A stretch of 64,000 bases of DNA from positions 543 through 64,542 of the forward strand of contig JAILIP010000020.1 of NCBI GenBank assembly GCA_024695235.1, written 5' to 3'. The notes beneath the pieces are model-generated. The model made no database searches, was not told the DNA's origin, and saw only the letters and a program-made list of their open reading frames with translations. This document shows, piece after piece, positions 44,466 through 54,394 of the stretch. The DNA comes from Bacilli bacterium (GTDB lineage Bacteria > Bacillota_I > Bacilli_A > RFN20 > CAG-826). Made by a program: the position numbers and the translations under genes. Numbering within the stretch: position 1 is the stretch's first letter; every line of letters begins with the position of its first letter.

Positions 44466-45202
44466 TGAAAAAAGCGAAAGTCATATCTAAACTTGATCCT
44501 AGATTCTTAAAAGGTATCGCTCATCGTGGACTACATAATGATAAGTTCACCGAAAACGGACTTAAAGCTTTTAAGAATGCAATTGATAATGACTTAGCGT
44601 TTGAATTCGATATCCATCTCACAAAAGATAATGAACTAGTCGTGTGCCATGATGAAAATCTTGTCCGTACGACTGGAAAAGATGGAATCATCGAACATTT
44701 AACCTTAAAAGAAATTAAAGACAATTACCGGCTCTTAGATGGAGGAGAAATACCAACTCTCCAAGAAGTATTTGACATCAATCAAGAGAAAGTACCTATG
44801 GTAATTGAGTTCAAAGTATACGAGAAGAACTATGAAGCTTTAACTAACAAAGCTAAAGAAATGTTCACTCAAATCAAAGATAAATCAAAAGTGATGCTCA
44901 TATCATTTGATCCAAGAAGTCTATGGCCATTTAAACGTAGTGGTTATATCCGTTCACTTCTTTCAACCTATGATAAGGAGTATCAATATGTTTATATGTT
45001 TAGACACACTGTTGAAAGTGTCGATTTAGATATGAGATGGTTTAATGAAAAGAAAGTGAGAAGATACGCTAAAAATCACTTTGTTAATGCATGGACCATT
45101 GAAAATGAACAACAATTAGATAAAATATTACCATATGTCGATACAGTAACTTTCCAATATATGGATAAGGACATCGTAAGACATAAACTCGAAAGAAAAT
45201 GA
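44465..45202 (+). CDS. Glycerophosphodiester phosphodiesterase
   Basis: GDPD motifs IAHRG, FEFDIHLTKDNELVVCHD. 245 aa, cytoplasmic. Confidence 0.85.
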   Translation: MKKAKVISKLDPRFLKGIAHRGLHNDKFTENGLKAFKNAIDNDLAFEFDIHLTKDNELVVCHDENLVRTTGKDGIIEHLTLKEIKDNYRLLDGGEIPTLQEVFDINQEKVPMVIEFKVYEKNYEALTNKAKEMFTQIKDKSKVMLISFDPRSLWPFKRSGYIRSLLSTYDKEYQYVYMFRHTVESVDLDMRWFNEKKVRRYAKNHFVNAWTIENEQQLDKILPYVDTVTFQYMDKDIVRHKLERK

Positions 45203-46293
45203 ATAAAGAACAACTAAGACAAGTAGAACAATTAAAGAAATATTATGCTTTCAATGAGAAAACAAAGGTTTTTGATGTTGTTTTGCATTATGAAAAAGCT
45301 TCTGATCTTTTTGATAAGAATGTTGAATCTATCTCTGTTCCAAAGATGAGGCCTGAATTCATTGAAAGGATTGGAGATATTGTTCACGATATCCCAAAGG
45401 GATATAAAGTCGATATATCACTTGCTATCGATGACTATGAAGATTATAAAAAGAAAGATGTTCTTGAATCATTTAATGATTTACTTGAGACAATCAAATA
45501 TCGTTTCTACAAAGAAAATCGCTTAAAATGGCTCCAAGTCGCCTTGCTTGTTCTAGTGGGAGTAAGTGTCTTATTCTTCTCTACTTTAGCAAGTATCTAT
45601 TCATGGTGGGGCTTATTTAAAAACGATATTGCTCAAACTGTTACCAGCGAAGTACTTAGCATTACTTCATGGGTGTTCATTTGGGAAAGTGTATCCCTTA
45701 TCTTCATTAAAAGGTCATATTATCTAAGAACTGGATCACTGATTATTGGTAAAGTATCATCTATTGCTTTATATAAAGGCGATAGCAATCGCGCCATTGC
45801 TAAGGAAACAAGCGATGAAATGGTGAAGCATCTATTTGATGACAATAAGATGTCTCATGCAAGCGACTTGCTTCTTCTATTTGCTGGATTTGCAACCATT
45901 GCTTTAACATTCATTACTTTAGTAAGTGACATTGTTTCTTTCACTAGTGGAGTGGATAAAATCCCATTAGTATTATTCATTGCTAATATGGTTTTCTATT
46001 GCATCCGTTTCGTTGCAGGTTTCAACGCCATTCAACTTTCATTAGGCAAGGATAATTATCGTATCCGTGTTTTCTTAGTTGCTATGATGAACACAGCGAT
46101 CATCATCTTCCAAATTGTCATGACATGCACAAGGGAATTCTCAGTAGCAGGATTAATTGCGGAAATAGGTTCAACCCTAGCCTTACAAGCATATGTTTTA
46201 GGATATATATTCTATAGAATATCTCATCGTGTTGAGATTGCTGAGAAAAAGCAAGAAAGACGCGAGAAAAGAAAAGCGAAAAAGCAAAAATGA
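45199..46293 (+). CDS. Membrane protein, unknown function
   Basis: ~110-aa soluble N-domain, about 6 TM segments and a basic tail. ATGA overlap with the upstream gene. Confidence 0.65.
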   Translation: MNKEQLRQVEQLKKYYAFNEKTKVFDVVLHYEKASDLFDKNVESISVPKMRPEFIERIGDIVHDIPKGYKVDISLAIDDYEDYKKKDVLESFNDLLETIKYRFYKENRLKWLQVALLVLVGVSVLFFSTLASIYSWWGLFKNDIAQTVTSEVLSITSWVFIWESVSLIFIKRSYYLRTGSLIIGKVSSIALYKGDSNRAIAKETSDEMVKHLFDDNKMSHASDLLLLFAGFATIALTFITLVSDIVSFTSGVDKIPLVLFIANMVFYCIRFVAGFNAIQLSLGKDNYRIRVFLVAMMNTAIIIFQIVMTCTREFSVAGLIAEIGSTLALQAYVLGYIFYRISHRVEIAEKKQERREKRKAKKQK

Positions 46294-47486
46294 TATTAGA
46301 AGATTTTTTAAGATATGTGAAAATCGATACTCAATCCGATGATGCAAGTGAATCCACTCCATCATCTTTTAAACAATACGATCTTCTAAATCTTCTTCAA
46401 AAAGAACTTCATCAATTAGGCGTCAAAAGTGAGATTGATGAATTTGGTAGGTTATACGCTCACATAGAGGGTAATAACGCCTATGATAGCATTGGTCTAT
46501 GCTCACACGTAGATACAGCTTTAGAATGCTCTGGATATGATGTTAAACCACAAATTATTCATAACTATCAAGGTGAAGATATCCTTTTAGGAATATCTGG
46601 TCTTAAATTATCAACCAAAGATTTCCCTCACCTAAAGAAAGCTATTGGTAAAACACTTATCACAACTGACGGCACAACTCTATTAGGTGCCGATGATAAA
46701 GCGGGTGTTGCTATCATCATGGATGTTGTTAGAAACGTTTTAGCAATGAAACAATCAGAAAGAAGACCTCTTTCAATTTTGTTCACCCCTGATGAAGAAA
46801 TCGGTAGGGGGCCAGAACATTTCTCTTTAGAGAAGTTCAACTGTAAATACGCTTATACAATCGATGGAAGTGACCCACTTCATGTAAGTGTAGAGAACTT
46901 CAATGCTGAATCAATGGATATTGCCATTCATGGTAAATCAATCCATCCTGGTTCTGGAAAAGGTAAGTTATTTAACGCCATTCTTCTCATGAATGAACTC
47001 ATTGATCTTCTTCCAGAAAATATGACTCCATATAAAACAGAAGGAAGAGAAGGATTTAACCACATTGTTTCTATGGAAGGTAACGTGGAACTCGCAAGAG
47101 CCCATTTCATCCTTAGAAACCATGATAAAGAGAAATTAAAAGAGCAAGTCAAAGACTTCGAACGCGCTAAAAAGGTCATTGAAGAAAAATACCCAGGCTC
47201 AATCATTGTCCTAGTTCATAAAGAACAATATAAGAATATGGGTGAAGTTATCTTCAAGAATAGAGATTGCATGGACACAATTGAAAATGTGTTCAATAAA
47301 TTAGACCTCAAACTTGAGTACACTCCAACAAGAGGTGGAACAGATGGAGCTACATTCTCCTTCCTAGGATGCCCATGTCCAAACCTTGGAACCGGATCAT
47401 ATAACCATCATGGACGATTTGAATTCGCCATCCTTGAAGAGATGGAACTCATGAGCAAAATCGTCACTGAAATATTCCGCTTATAA
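46290..47486 (+). CDS. pepT: Peptidase T (tripeptide aminopeptidase, M20B)
   Basis: FLRYVKIDTQSD, HVDT, LGADDKAG, DEEIG metal-ligand motifs, 398 aa. Confidence 0.9.
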   Translation: MILEDFLRYVKIDTQSDDASESTPSSFKQYDLLNLLQKELHQLGVKSEIDEFGRLYAHIEGNNAYDSIGLCSHVDTALECSGYDVKPQIIHNYQGEDILLGISGLKLSTKDFPHLKKAIGKTLITTDGTTLLGADDKAGVAIIMDVVRNVLAMKQSERRPLSILFTPDEEIGRGPEHFSLEKFNCKYAYTIDGSDPLHVSVENFNAESMDIAIHGKSIHPGSGKGKLFNAILLMNELIDLLPENMTPYKTEGREGFNHIVSMEGNVELARAHFILRNHDKEKLKEQVKDFERAKKVIEEKYPGSIIVLVHKEQYKNMGEVIFKNRDCMDTIENVFNKLDLKLEYTPTRGGTDGATFSFLGCPCPNLGTGSYNHHGRFEFAILEEMELMSKIVTEIFRL

Positions 47487-47492
47487 AGAAAG

Positions 47493-47515
47493 AAGATGCA
47501 AAGCATCTTTTTTTC
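47493..47515. terminator. Bidirectional terminator between convergent genes
   Basis: AAGATGC-AAA-GCATCTT hairpin followed by a T-run. Confidence 0.8.
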
Positions 47516-48595
47516 TTATATCGTCAGGCTTCTCGCTAACTCTTTTAATGAGTCATCTTGAAGAATTTTTCTTATATCTTCAATTGATTTGAATTCTTTA
47601 TCTTTAATTGCAAAGTATATTGCGTTGATGATTCTATCGTTATCATCTCTAGCTTTAAGATAATCGGATTCTTTAAAGTGTTCAAAATAGTTTTCTTCAA
47701 ATACTGTTAGAGTCATTCTACGTAGCATTGCTAAGATTGATGTTTCAATCCAATATTCAAAAGTAGTGGTCTTATATTCATTTTCAAACGCTTTTATCTT
47801 TAGATATGACATAAGTCCATCTCCGACATTGTGCCAAATATCAGCGAATACAAAATCAAAGTCATGCCCTTCTTTTAGATATTCAAAAGCATCTGCATTA
47901 ACAATCTTGATTTTGTTCTTATTTTCAAAATGAGGAAGAATATACTTTTTAAAGATATTTATCGCATGAATATCGTTTTCAACGATAGTGATGCTTTCTA
48001 CATCTTCTTTGTTAGATACATGATATGCGTAATAACCTAGTCCTAAACCCAAAACAAGAACACGACCAAAAGCATCCTTGATAGGTTTTCTCATCGTGTT
48101 GATTTCATGAGGAATGACACTCATCCAGATAAGATCGCCTTGAATAATTGCTAGATATGGAAACTTTTCTTTGAAATATCCAAGTGGAGTGTGCTCCTTA
48201 AAATACATATCATCAATTTCTAGCTCATCATACACAAAGCCTTGATATGGCTCATAATACAAAGTTAAGAGTTCCCAATCGCTATCTTTGAACGAGATAT
48301 TTTTGATTAGTTTTGCATAGTCATCATCAAGATATTTTTGAGGGTCAAGTTCTTCAATTTCATCGATGCGAGAATTGATATTTATCTCTTGAAAATCTTC
48401 ATCATTTTCGTTGATTTCTAAGGATGATAAAAAGGCCTTAAAAAATGAGACTTTTTCGACGTTACTTTTTTCAATATCTAATGGGTGATTTGTAAGATAT
48501 TCGATGTATATTTCCGCGGCTGAAATATTGTTATCTTTAACATCAAGTAGATAACGTAATTCTTCCTCGTCTTTTTTAGATAAAACTATATTCAT
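47516..48595 (-). CDS. Spermidine-synthase-like class I methyltransferase-fold protein with an N-terminal extension
   Basis: VLVLGLGLGYYA (GxGxG), IVENDIHAI and FVFADIW resemble the spermine/spermidine synthase fold. About 170 extra N-terminal aa. Confidence 0.55.
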   Translation of the reverse strand: MNIVLSKKDEEELRYLLDVKDNNISAAEIYIEYLTNHPLDIEKSNVEKVSFFKAFLSSLEINENDEDFQEININSRIDEIEELDPQKYLDDDYAKLIKNISFKDSDWELLTLYYEPYQGFVYDELEIDDMYFKEHTPLGYFKEKFPYLAIIQGDLIWMSVIPHEINTMRKPIKDAFGRVLVLGLGLGYYAYHVSNKEDVESITIVENDIHAINIFKKYILPHFENKNKIKIVNADAFEYLKEGHDFDFVFADIWHNVGDGLMSYLKIKAFENEYKTTTFEYWIETSILAMLRRMTLTVFEENYFEHFKESDYLKARDDNDRIINAIYFAIKDKEFKSIEDIRKILQDDSLKELARSLTI

Positions 48596-49524
48596 TTTAT
48601 AAATCTATTAACAAAGTTAATAATTGTGTCTTTATACTCTGGTTCAACGAATACACTTCTATTATGTTCAACACCTGCAAAAGCCTTCTTTTCTTTATAG
48701 ATTCCTTCTGGCATTGCATCATAGTTTTTGTCTAAATTTTCGTATGGAACATATGTGTCTTTATCACCATGGATAAATAGACCAGGAATCTTCACATTTT
48801 TGAAGGAATTTTTGACCGAATCATTGAGTGAAAAATGATGGAATAATCCGGTGTAGATTTCTCCGCAGATAAAAGCATATTTTGGGAACTTCACTCTTGG
48901 AGAATTTTTGACGTTATCAAAGAGGATTTCTTTAAGTGAATGATAGCCGCAATCTTCAACGAAACATTTCACATTTTTTGAGAGTTCTTTTCTACCAGCA
49001 GTCATCATGGTGATATGGCCACCCATTGAGATACCCATCAATACAATTTGATAGTTTGGATTTCTTTCAACCATGAGATTAATCCATTTAAGGACATCGT
49101 AGACTTCTTTTTTCCCCATGGTGAAGTAGTCACCTTCAGATGTATCATGTGCTCTATTGTTTGGAAGAAGTACATCATAGCCATTCTCAAAGAAGAATTG
49201 AGCCTGAGCGGTGGAACTATAGTATCTGCCGCGATATCCATGAAGAATGATTGCTAGTTTGTTTGAGTTTTGATTGAGAAGATATCCTTTTAAACAAAGT
49301 TTATCTTTAGAAATAATTGATAATTCTTCAAGCTTTTGCTCACTGAACCAAATACGTGATGGTCTTTTCTTATCGTTTGGATTCTCGGTTTTAGCAAAAT
49401 CCTTATCGCCTTTTCTACGATCAAAGGATATATGGAAAAACATTCTTCCGAATATCATTGAAACAACGATAAACATCAAAAGAGTTAATCCGAGTAATCC
49501 TAAGCCGATATACAAAAACAACAT
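48592..49524 (-). CDS. Membrane-anchored alpha/beta hydrolase
   Basis: N-terminal TM segment, nucleophile elbow GISMGG, HGYRG oxyanion region, and a C-terminal HGDKD...H triad. Confidence 0.8.
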   Translation of the reverse strand: MLFLYIGLGLLGLTLLMFIVVSMIFGRMFFHISFDRRKGDKDFAKTENPNDKKRPSRIWFSEQKLEELSIISKDKLCLKGYLLNQNSNKLAIILHGYRGRYYSSTAQAQFFFENGYDVLLPNNRAHDTSEGDYFTMGKKEVYDVLKWINLMVERNPNYQIVLMGISMGGHITMMTAGRKELSKNVKCFVEDCGYHSLKEILFDNVKNSPRVKFPKYAFICGEIYTGLFHHFSLNDSVKNSFKNVKIPGLFIHGDKDTYVPYENLDKNYDAMPEGIYKEKKAFAGVEHNRSVFVEPEYKDTIINFVNRFIK

Positions 49525-49611
49525 AATAAAATTATAAGTTATTCAGTGACGGATACAAAAACCTTTTATCTTCCACTTTAATAAAATTAACTCATTTGAT
49601 ATGATAAACCT

Positions 49612-50925
49612 ATGCTTAGTTTAACTAAACTTATCGAGGAAAGAGACACCAAACGCCTCGCTTTTTGTGATAAGTATGAAAAGAAGTACGCATTAAAAAA
49701 AGAGCAAGAAAGAGTGAACAATCAAGTTTTACTTGAAGAATACTCTAAATCTCACTCTGATGAAGAAAGTAAACGTTATCAAAAGAATCTTGAAGAGGAT
49801 TCAATCTTAAAACTCAACAAGCTTTGGCGTAGATACGAAAAGAAGATTGCTCGATACTATCGTAGAACCGAGATTGCTAAAAAGATTCAAAGAAGCAATC
49901 GCATTTGGGAAATCGATTACCTTAGAGGTTTTGCTATTTGGGGTATGGTTGTTGATCATTTCCTTTTTAACTTCTATGACCTCTATGAATATTTCTTCGA
50001 TGGATTTATGAATGGATGGACCGGAAAAGTCCATATGTTCTCACTTGATTATTGGGAAAGCGATATACGTGTAGCCTTTAGGCTAATAGGTGTTGGACTG
50101 TTTGTTTTCCTATGTGGAGTAAGTGCTCATTTATCGAAGAACAACTACAAACGTGCCCTTGGTCTAATAGGTGTTGGAGGATTTATCACTCTATTCTCAT
50201 ACATCTTTGGAAAGATACTCGATGATCCTTCATGGAATATATTCATCGCAACATTAACCGGTATTGGTCTATGTTTACTCATTTATTCACTTTGTGAGAC
50301 ATTGTTTAAACTTGCATTCAACAAGAAGTATTGGAAGTGGGTGTCTTTAGGACTTGCAGCCGTTTTATTAGTAGGATGGGGCATCACTATATCAAAGATA
50401 TACCTCGGAAACGAGAACACAAAAGCTGATTTAGCTAATCGTTTCTTCTTCCTATTTAACGCTAATGGAGCGGATATCACTACATATGCTGGACATCAAT
50501 TCTCATTACGTTCCAACGGATGGACATATGCTGGCTTTAAAATCATCAACAAAGATAACTGGTATCGCTTCCTTTTGGGAATTGAAGGATTTGGTTCTGA
50601 TTGGTTAGGACTATTTCCATATGTTGGATACATCTTCCTTGGTGGATTTGTTGGAGAAACCCTTTATGCTGATAAGAAGTCATTTATCAAATTCTTCTAT
50701 CCAAAGGAACAACGTTTGCTTACTGGAGAAGAATACTTTGTATCTCCACTAGGACAAATGAATGCCAAGATAAATCATATCCTTGGAGGAGTAACATATC
50801 CCGGAAGTCACACTCTTCTTGTATATGTTGCCCATCAACCGGTTATCATTTTAATTATGTCTATCATATTTATGATATGTGGGTATAAACTTAATTTAGG
50901 AGATGGACTAAGTTCACTTGTATAG
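49612..50925 (+). CDS. DUF1624/heparan-alpha-glucosaminide N-acetyltransferase-like membrane protein with an N-terminal charged extension
   Basis: REIDYLRGFAIWGMVVDHF motif followed by multiple TM segments. About 95 aa of K/E-rich N-terminus. Confidence 0.6.
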   Translation: MLSLTKLIEERDTKRLAFCDKYEKKYALKKEQERVNNQVLLEEYSKSHSDEESKRYQKNLEEDSILKLNKLWRRYEKKIARYYRRTEIAKKIQRSNRIWEIDYLRGFAIWGMVVDHFLFNFYDLYEYFFDGFMNGWTGKVHMFSLDYWESDIRVAFRLIGVGLFVFLCGVSAHLSKNNYKRALGLIGVGGFITLFSYIFGKILDDPSWNIFIATLTGIGLCLLIYSLCETLFKLAFNKKYWKWVSLGLAAVLLVGWGITISKIYLGNENTKADLANRFFFLFNANGADITTYAGHQFSLRSNGWTYAGFKIINKDNWYRFLLGIEGFGSDWLGLFPYVGYIFLGGFVGETLYADKKSFIKFFYPKEQRLLTGEEYFVSPLGQMNAKINHILGGVTYPGSHTLLVYVAHQPVIILIMSIIFMICGYKLNLGDGLSSLV

Positions 50926-50926
50926 T

Positions 50927-52540
50927 ATGAAGCAAATTAGTAAACAACTCCCTATCAACAAAGAACAATCTCTTTACTTTTGTATTAAGGATTCTTCAAA
51001 GAAGTATTCTCGTAGAGTGGCCTTTTACTATATGCATAGAGCTTTTAGCTACGCTCATCTGATAAAGCGTATTAATCAGTTTGCTTATAAGCTAACAAAG
51101 TTAGGTGTTAAAAAAGATGAACCAGTTACAATGTGTCTTCCAAATATCCCAGATGCTTTGTATCTCCTATATGCAATCAACCAAATTGGAGCGATAGCGA
51201 ACATCGTTCACCCATCGTGTTCATTAGAACAACTCGATGAATATGTCACCAAGACAGGAAGCAAATATCTTTTCTGTTTAGATACATCATATAGAACATT
51301 TAGACCACTTAAAGATAAAGGCATTTACTTTGTAACATGCTCCCCAGTAAGTGAATTCAAAGAGAAGATTCGTAAAAGATATCAAAAGAAATTTATCACC
51401 ATGCTTAATGATGATAGAGCAGAGAATATCTATCTTCTTCCTGAATATAAAGAATTTGATAATCGCTTCAAAGAAGATGCAATCTATCTTCATAGTGGTG
51501 GAACTCTTTCTACACCAAAGACAATCGCTCTATCTTCATTTGCAATTAACTCATTAGTTGCTAATGCAGGATGGTTCACATGTTTAGATAACTTTGAAGA
51601 TGTTGGAATGCTTTCAACGCTTCCAATGTTCCATGGATTCGGGCTATGCATGGGTATACACGCTCCATTATGCTATGGGGGTCATGATGTACTCATGCCT
51701 AAATTCTCGCGTTATAACGCGGTCAAGTACATTGAACATAAAAAACTTAACATTCTCATTGGCGTTCCAATCCTATATGAATCAATCCTATCCAAAGGGT
51801 CATTCAAAGGAAGAAAGCTTAGATATCTCACAAATGCATTTATCGGAGGAGACAATGTCTCTCCTGCTCTTATTAAGAGATTTAACGATAGAATGATTAA
51901 AGCTAAAGCCAAATGTCGTCTATTTGAAGGCTATGGCTTAACCGAAGTAGTGAATGTATGTTCGGTGAACACTCATAACTTCAATAAAGAAGGAACTGTA
52001 GGAAAACTCTTCCCTAACGCAATTGGAGTCGTCATCGATGAAAAAGGCAAAGAACTTCCACCTAACCAAGATGGTGAAATCTGTATCGGTGGAGAATCCC
52101 TCATGAACGGATATCGTTTCATGAAAGAAGATAAAAGTGTTTATCATATAGATAAAAATGGTAACAAATATATCAAAACTGGTGATATTGGAATGATCGA
52201 TGAAGATGGATATTTGTACTATAAATCACGTATTAAACGCATCATTAAAGTGTCAGGTGTTCCAGTGTTCCCATCTGAAATTGAAGATGTTGCGACATCA
52301 TTTGATTTCGTATATGAAGTAGCCGCTATCGGAGTGGAAGATGAAAAGCACGGTCATATCGTTAAGCTATTCGTCAAGCTCTCAAAGACATATCATGGCT
52401 CTCAAAAAGACGCTCTTGATAAACTCAATGACAAGATTGTAAAAACTCTTGGAATATACTCAAAACCAAAAGAAATCGTATTCCTTGATAAAATGCCTCA
52501 TACAGTTGTTGGCAAAATTGATACTAAGTTGTTAAAATAA
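50927..52540 (+). CDS. AMP-dependent synthetase/ligase (acyl-CoA synthetase family)
   Basis: AMP-binding motifs LHSGGTLSTPK, GYGLTE and GDIGMIDEDGYLYYKSR. The ORF-track start 50918 is TTG; ATG 50927 is preferred. Confidence 0.85.
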   Translation: MKQISKQLPINKEQSLYFCIKDSSKKYSRRVAFYYMHRAFSYAHLIKRINQFAYKLTKLGVKKDEPVTMCLPNIPDALYLLYAINQIGAIANIVHPSCSLEQLDEYVTKTGSKYLFCLDTSYRTFRPLKDKGIYFVTCSPVSEFKEKIRKRYQKKFITMLNDDRAENIYLLPEYKEFDNRFKEDAIYLHSGGTLSTPKTIALSSFAINSLVANAGWFTCLDNFEDVGMLSTLPMFHGFGLCMGIHAPLCYGGHDVLMPKFSRYNAVKYIEHKKLNILIGVPILYESILSKGSFKGRKLRYLTNAFIGGDNVSPALIKRFNDRMIKAKAKCRLFEGYGLTEVVNVCSVNTHNFNKEGTVGKLFPNAIGVVIDEKGKELPPNQDGEICIGGESLMNGYRFMKEDKSVYHIDKNGNKYIKTGDIGMIDEDGYLYYKSRIKRIIKVSGVPVFPSEIEDVATSFDFVYEVAAIGVEDEKHGHIVKLFVKLSKTYHGSQKDALDKLNDKIVKTLGIYSKPKEIVFLDKMPHTVVGKIDTKLLK

Positions 52541-52557
52541 CAACAAGGAGATAAATT

Positions 52558-52701
52558 ATGGCAGACAAATATCGTTGCAAAATTTGTGGACAAGTAGTCA
52601 CACCTCTTCCTGATGGAAGTTGCCCAATTTGTGGTGCTCCAGCAGAAATGCTCGTTCTTATTCAAGATAAGGACGACGATGTTGATCCAACCAAGAAATA
52701 A
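52558..52701 (+). CDS. Unannotated 47-aa rubredoxin-like Cys4 protein
   Basis: Translates as MADKYRCKICGQVVTPLPDGSCPICGAPAEMLVLIQDKDDDVDPTKK. AAGGAG 7 nt upstream. TAATG coupling to the next gene. Resembles the rubredoxin-like domain of rubrerythrin. Confidence 0.7.
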   Translation: MADKYRCKICGQVVTPLPDGSCPICGAPAEMLVLIQDKDDDVDPTKK

Positions 52702-53963
52702 TGCGCATATTATTTAAAAACGCTAGGATATTAACCCTAGCTAGTGATGACATCTTTTCGGGTGAACTTTTAGTCAAAGATAATTTAATTGAATACGTTG
52801 GTCCAAAAGCAAATCCATCTCTTAAAGCTGATAAAGTCATAGACTGCATGGGAAATCTTCTCATGCCTGGTTTTAAAAATGCTCACGCACATACAGCGAT
52901 GGTATTTGCTCGTAGTGCATCTGATGACCTCCCACTTCATGAATGGCTCTTTGATTGCATTTTCCCAATGGAAGAAAAGTTCATTGATGGAGATATCTAT
53001 CATCTAACAAAATGTGGAATCCTTGAATATCTAAGTGGTGGTATCACAGCCGCTTTTGATATGTACTTTAACCCACCTGAAATCGTTAAAGCATGTGAAG
53101 AAATCGGCTTTAGAAATGTCATCCTTGCTACATCATTAAGTGAACCTATTTCTCTTTTAAGAGAAAGATTCCAAAAATGGAATAAGAAAGACTCCTTGAT
53201 TTCATATCAACTTGGTCTACATGCTGAATATACAACTCCAAAAGAAAGAATCCAAGAAATTGCTGACTTAGCAAATGAACTCAAAGCTCCTGTATATCTC
53301 CATGTCGGAGAAACAGAACAAGAAGTTCAAGGCTGTGTTGATAGATATGGAATGAGACCAATCAAATTCCTTGATTCTCTTGGTCTATTTAACTATGGTG
53401 GTGGAGGTTTCCATTGCAATTACTTCGATGATGAAGAAATTGAAATATGTAAGAAACGTCACATTAACATAGTTACATGTCCAGGAAGTAACTTAAAACT
53501 CGCTAGTGGAATTGCTCCACTTGTGAGATATAAAAAAGAAGGACTTAACATCGCTATTGGAACCGATGGTCCTGCATCTAATAACTCCCTTGATATGTTC
53601 AAAGAAATGTATCTTGTCTCATGTCTTCAAAAAGTCGTCAATAAAGACGCTTCATGTATGGATGGGTGCGAAGTCCTCAAGATGGCGACAGTGAATTCTG
53701 CTCACGCCATGGGACTAAATAATGCTGATGTCCTTGCTAAAGACAAATATGCTGATATTATCATGATTGATTTAAAGAATCCTGCTATGCAGCCAATCAA
53801 TAATATCAAAAAGAATATTGTCTATGCTGGCAGCAAAGACATCGTTAAGATGACCATGATTAATGGTAAGATCCTCTACATGGATCACAAGTTCTACATC
53901 GATGAAGATGTTGAAGAAATATATCGTAAGGCTCAAGAAATCACAGAAAGGCTTAAAAAATGA
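52701..53963 (+). CDS. Amidohydrolase, MTA/SAH deaminase-like (MtaD family)
   Basis: 420 aa. Metal motif PGFKNAHAHTAM, HVGET, and a C-terminal GTDGPASNNSLDM. Confidence 0.7.
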   Translation: MRILFKNARILTLASDDIFSGELLVKDNLIEYVGPKANPSLKADKVIDCMGNLLMPGFKNAHAHTAMVFARSASDDLPLHEWLFDCIFPMEEKFIDGDIYHLTKCGILEYLSGGITAAFDMYFNPPEIVKACEEIGFRNVILATSLSEPISLLRERFQKWNKKDSLISYQLGLHAEYTTPKERIQEIADLANELKAPVYLHVGETEQEVQGCVDRYGMRPIKFLDSLGLFNYGGGGFHCNYFDDEEIEICKKRHINIVTCPGSNLKLASGIAPLVRYKKEGLNIAIGTDGPASNNSLDMFKEMYLVSCLQKVVNKDASCMDGCEVLKMATVNSAHAMGLNNADVLAKDKYADIIMIDLKNPAMQPINNIKKNIVYAGSKDIVKMTMINGKILYMDHKFYIDEDVEEIYRKAQEITERLKK

Positions 53964-54388
53964 TAGATGAAGCTAGAGTAAGAAAACTTCGTAGGTTGAA
54001 TATCATATTCTTCTATCTTTCACTCAGCTTTTTAATCATCTCTGTTGGCTTTGATATTGCGACATTCATTCTTGTTCCTAGAATTGGTTATACAACTCTT
54101 GTTTATATCTTCCTAGAAGCATCATCAATTCTCTTTGCTGGAAGTATCGCCTTATTCGTTGTCCGCTTTGCGGTAATAGGCACCAAGTTAAGAAATATCT
54201 ACTATCCTCGTAATGGTGCTCCAGCCCAGAATCCGAATGTGGTGGAAACGGAAGTAACTGAAGTTAAAGAAGCTCCTAAGACTAAAGAAGAGCAACTCGT
54301 TGATGAATATGAAAAACTTCTGAAACAAGGTTATATTACCCAAGAAGAATTCGACGAGAAAAAGAAAGAAATACTATCGATAAAATAA
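53960..54388 (+). CDS. Membrane protein with a C-terminal SHOCT domain
   Basis: Three TM segments followed by LVDEYEKLLKQGYITQEEFDEKKKEIL (SHOCT-like). Confidence 0.7.
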   Translation: MIDEARVRKLRRLNIIFFYLSLSFLIISVGFDIATFILVPRIGYTTLVYIFLEASSILFAGSIALFVVRFAVIGTKLRNIYYPRNGAPAQNPNVVETEVTEVKEAPKTKEEQLVDEYEKLLKQGYITQEEFDEKKKEILSIK

Positions 54389-54394
54389 GAAAAA

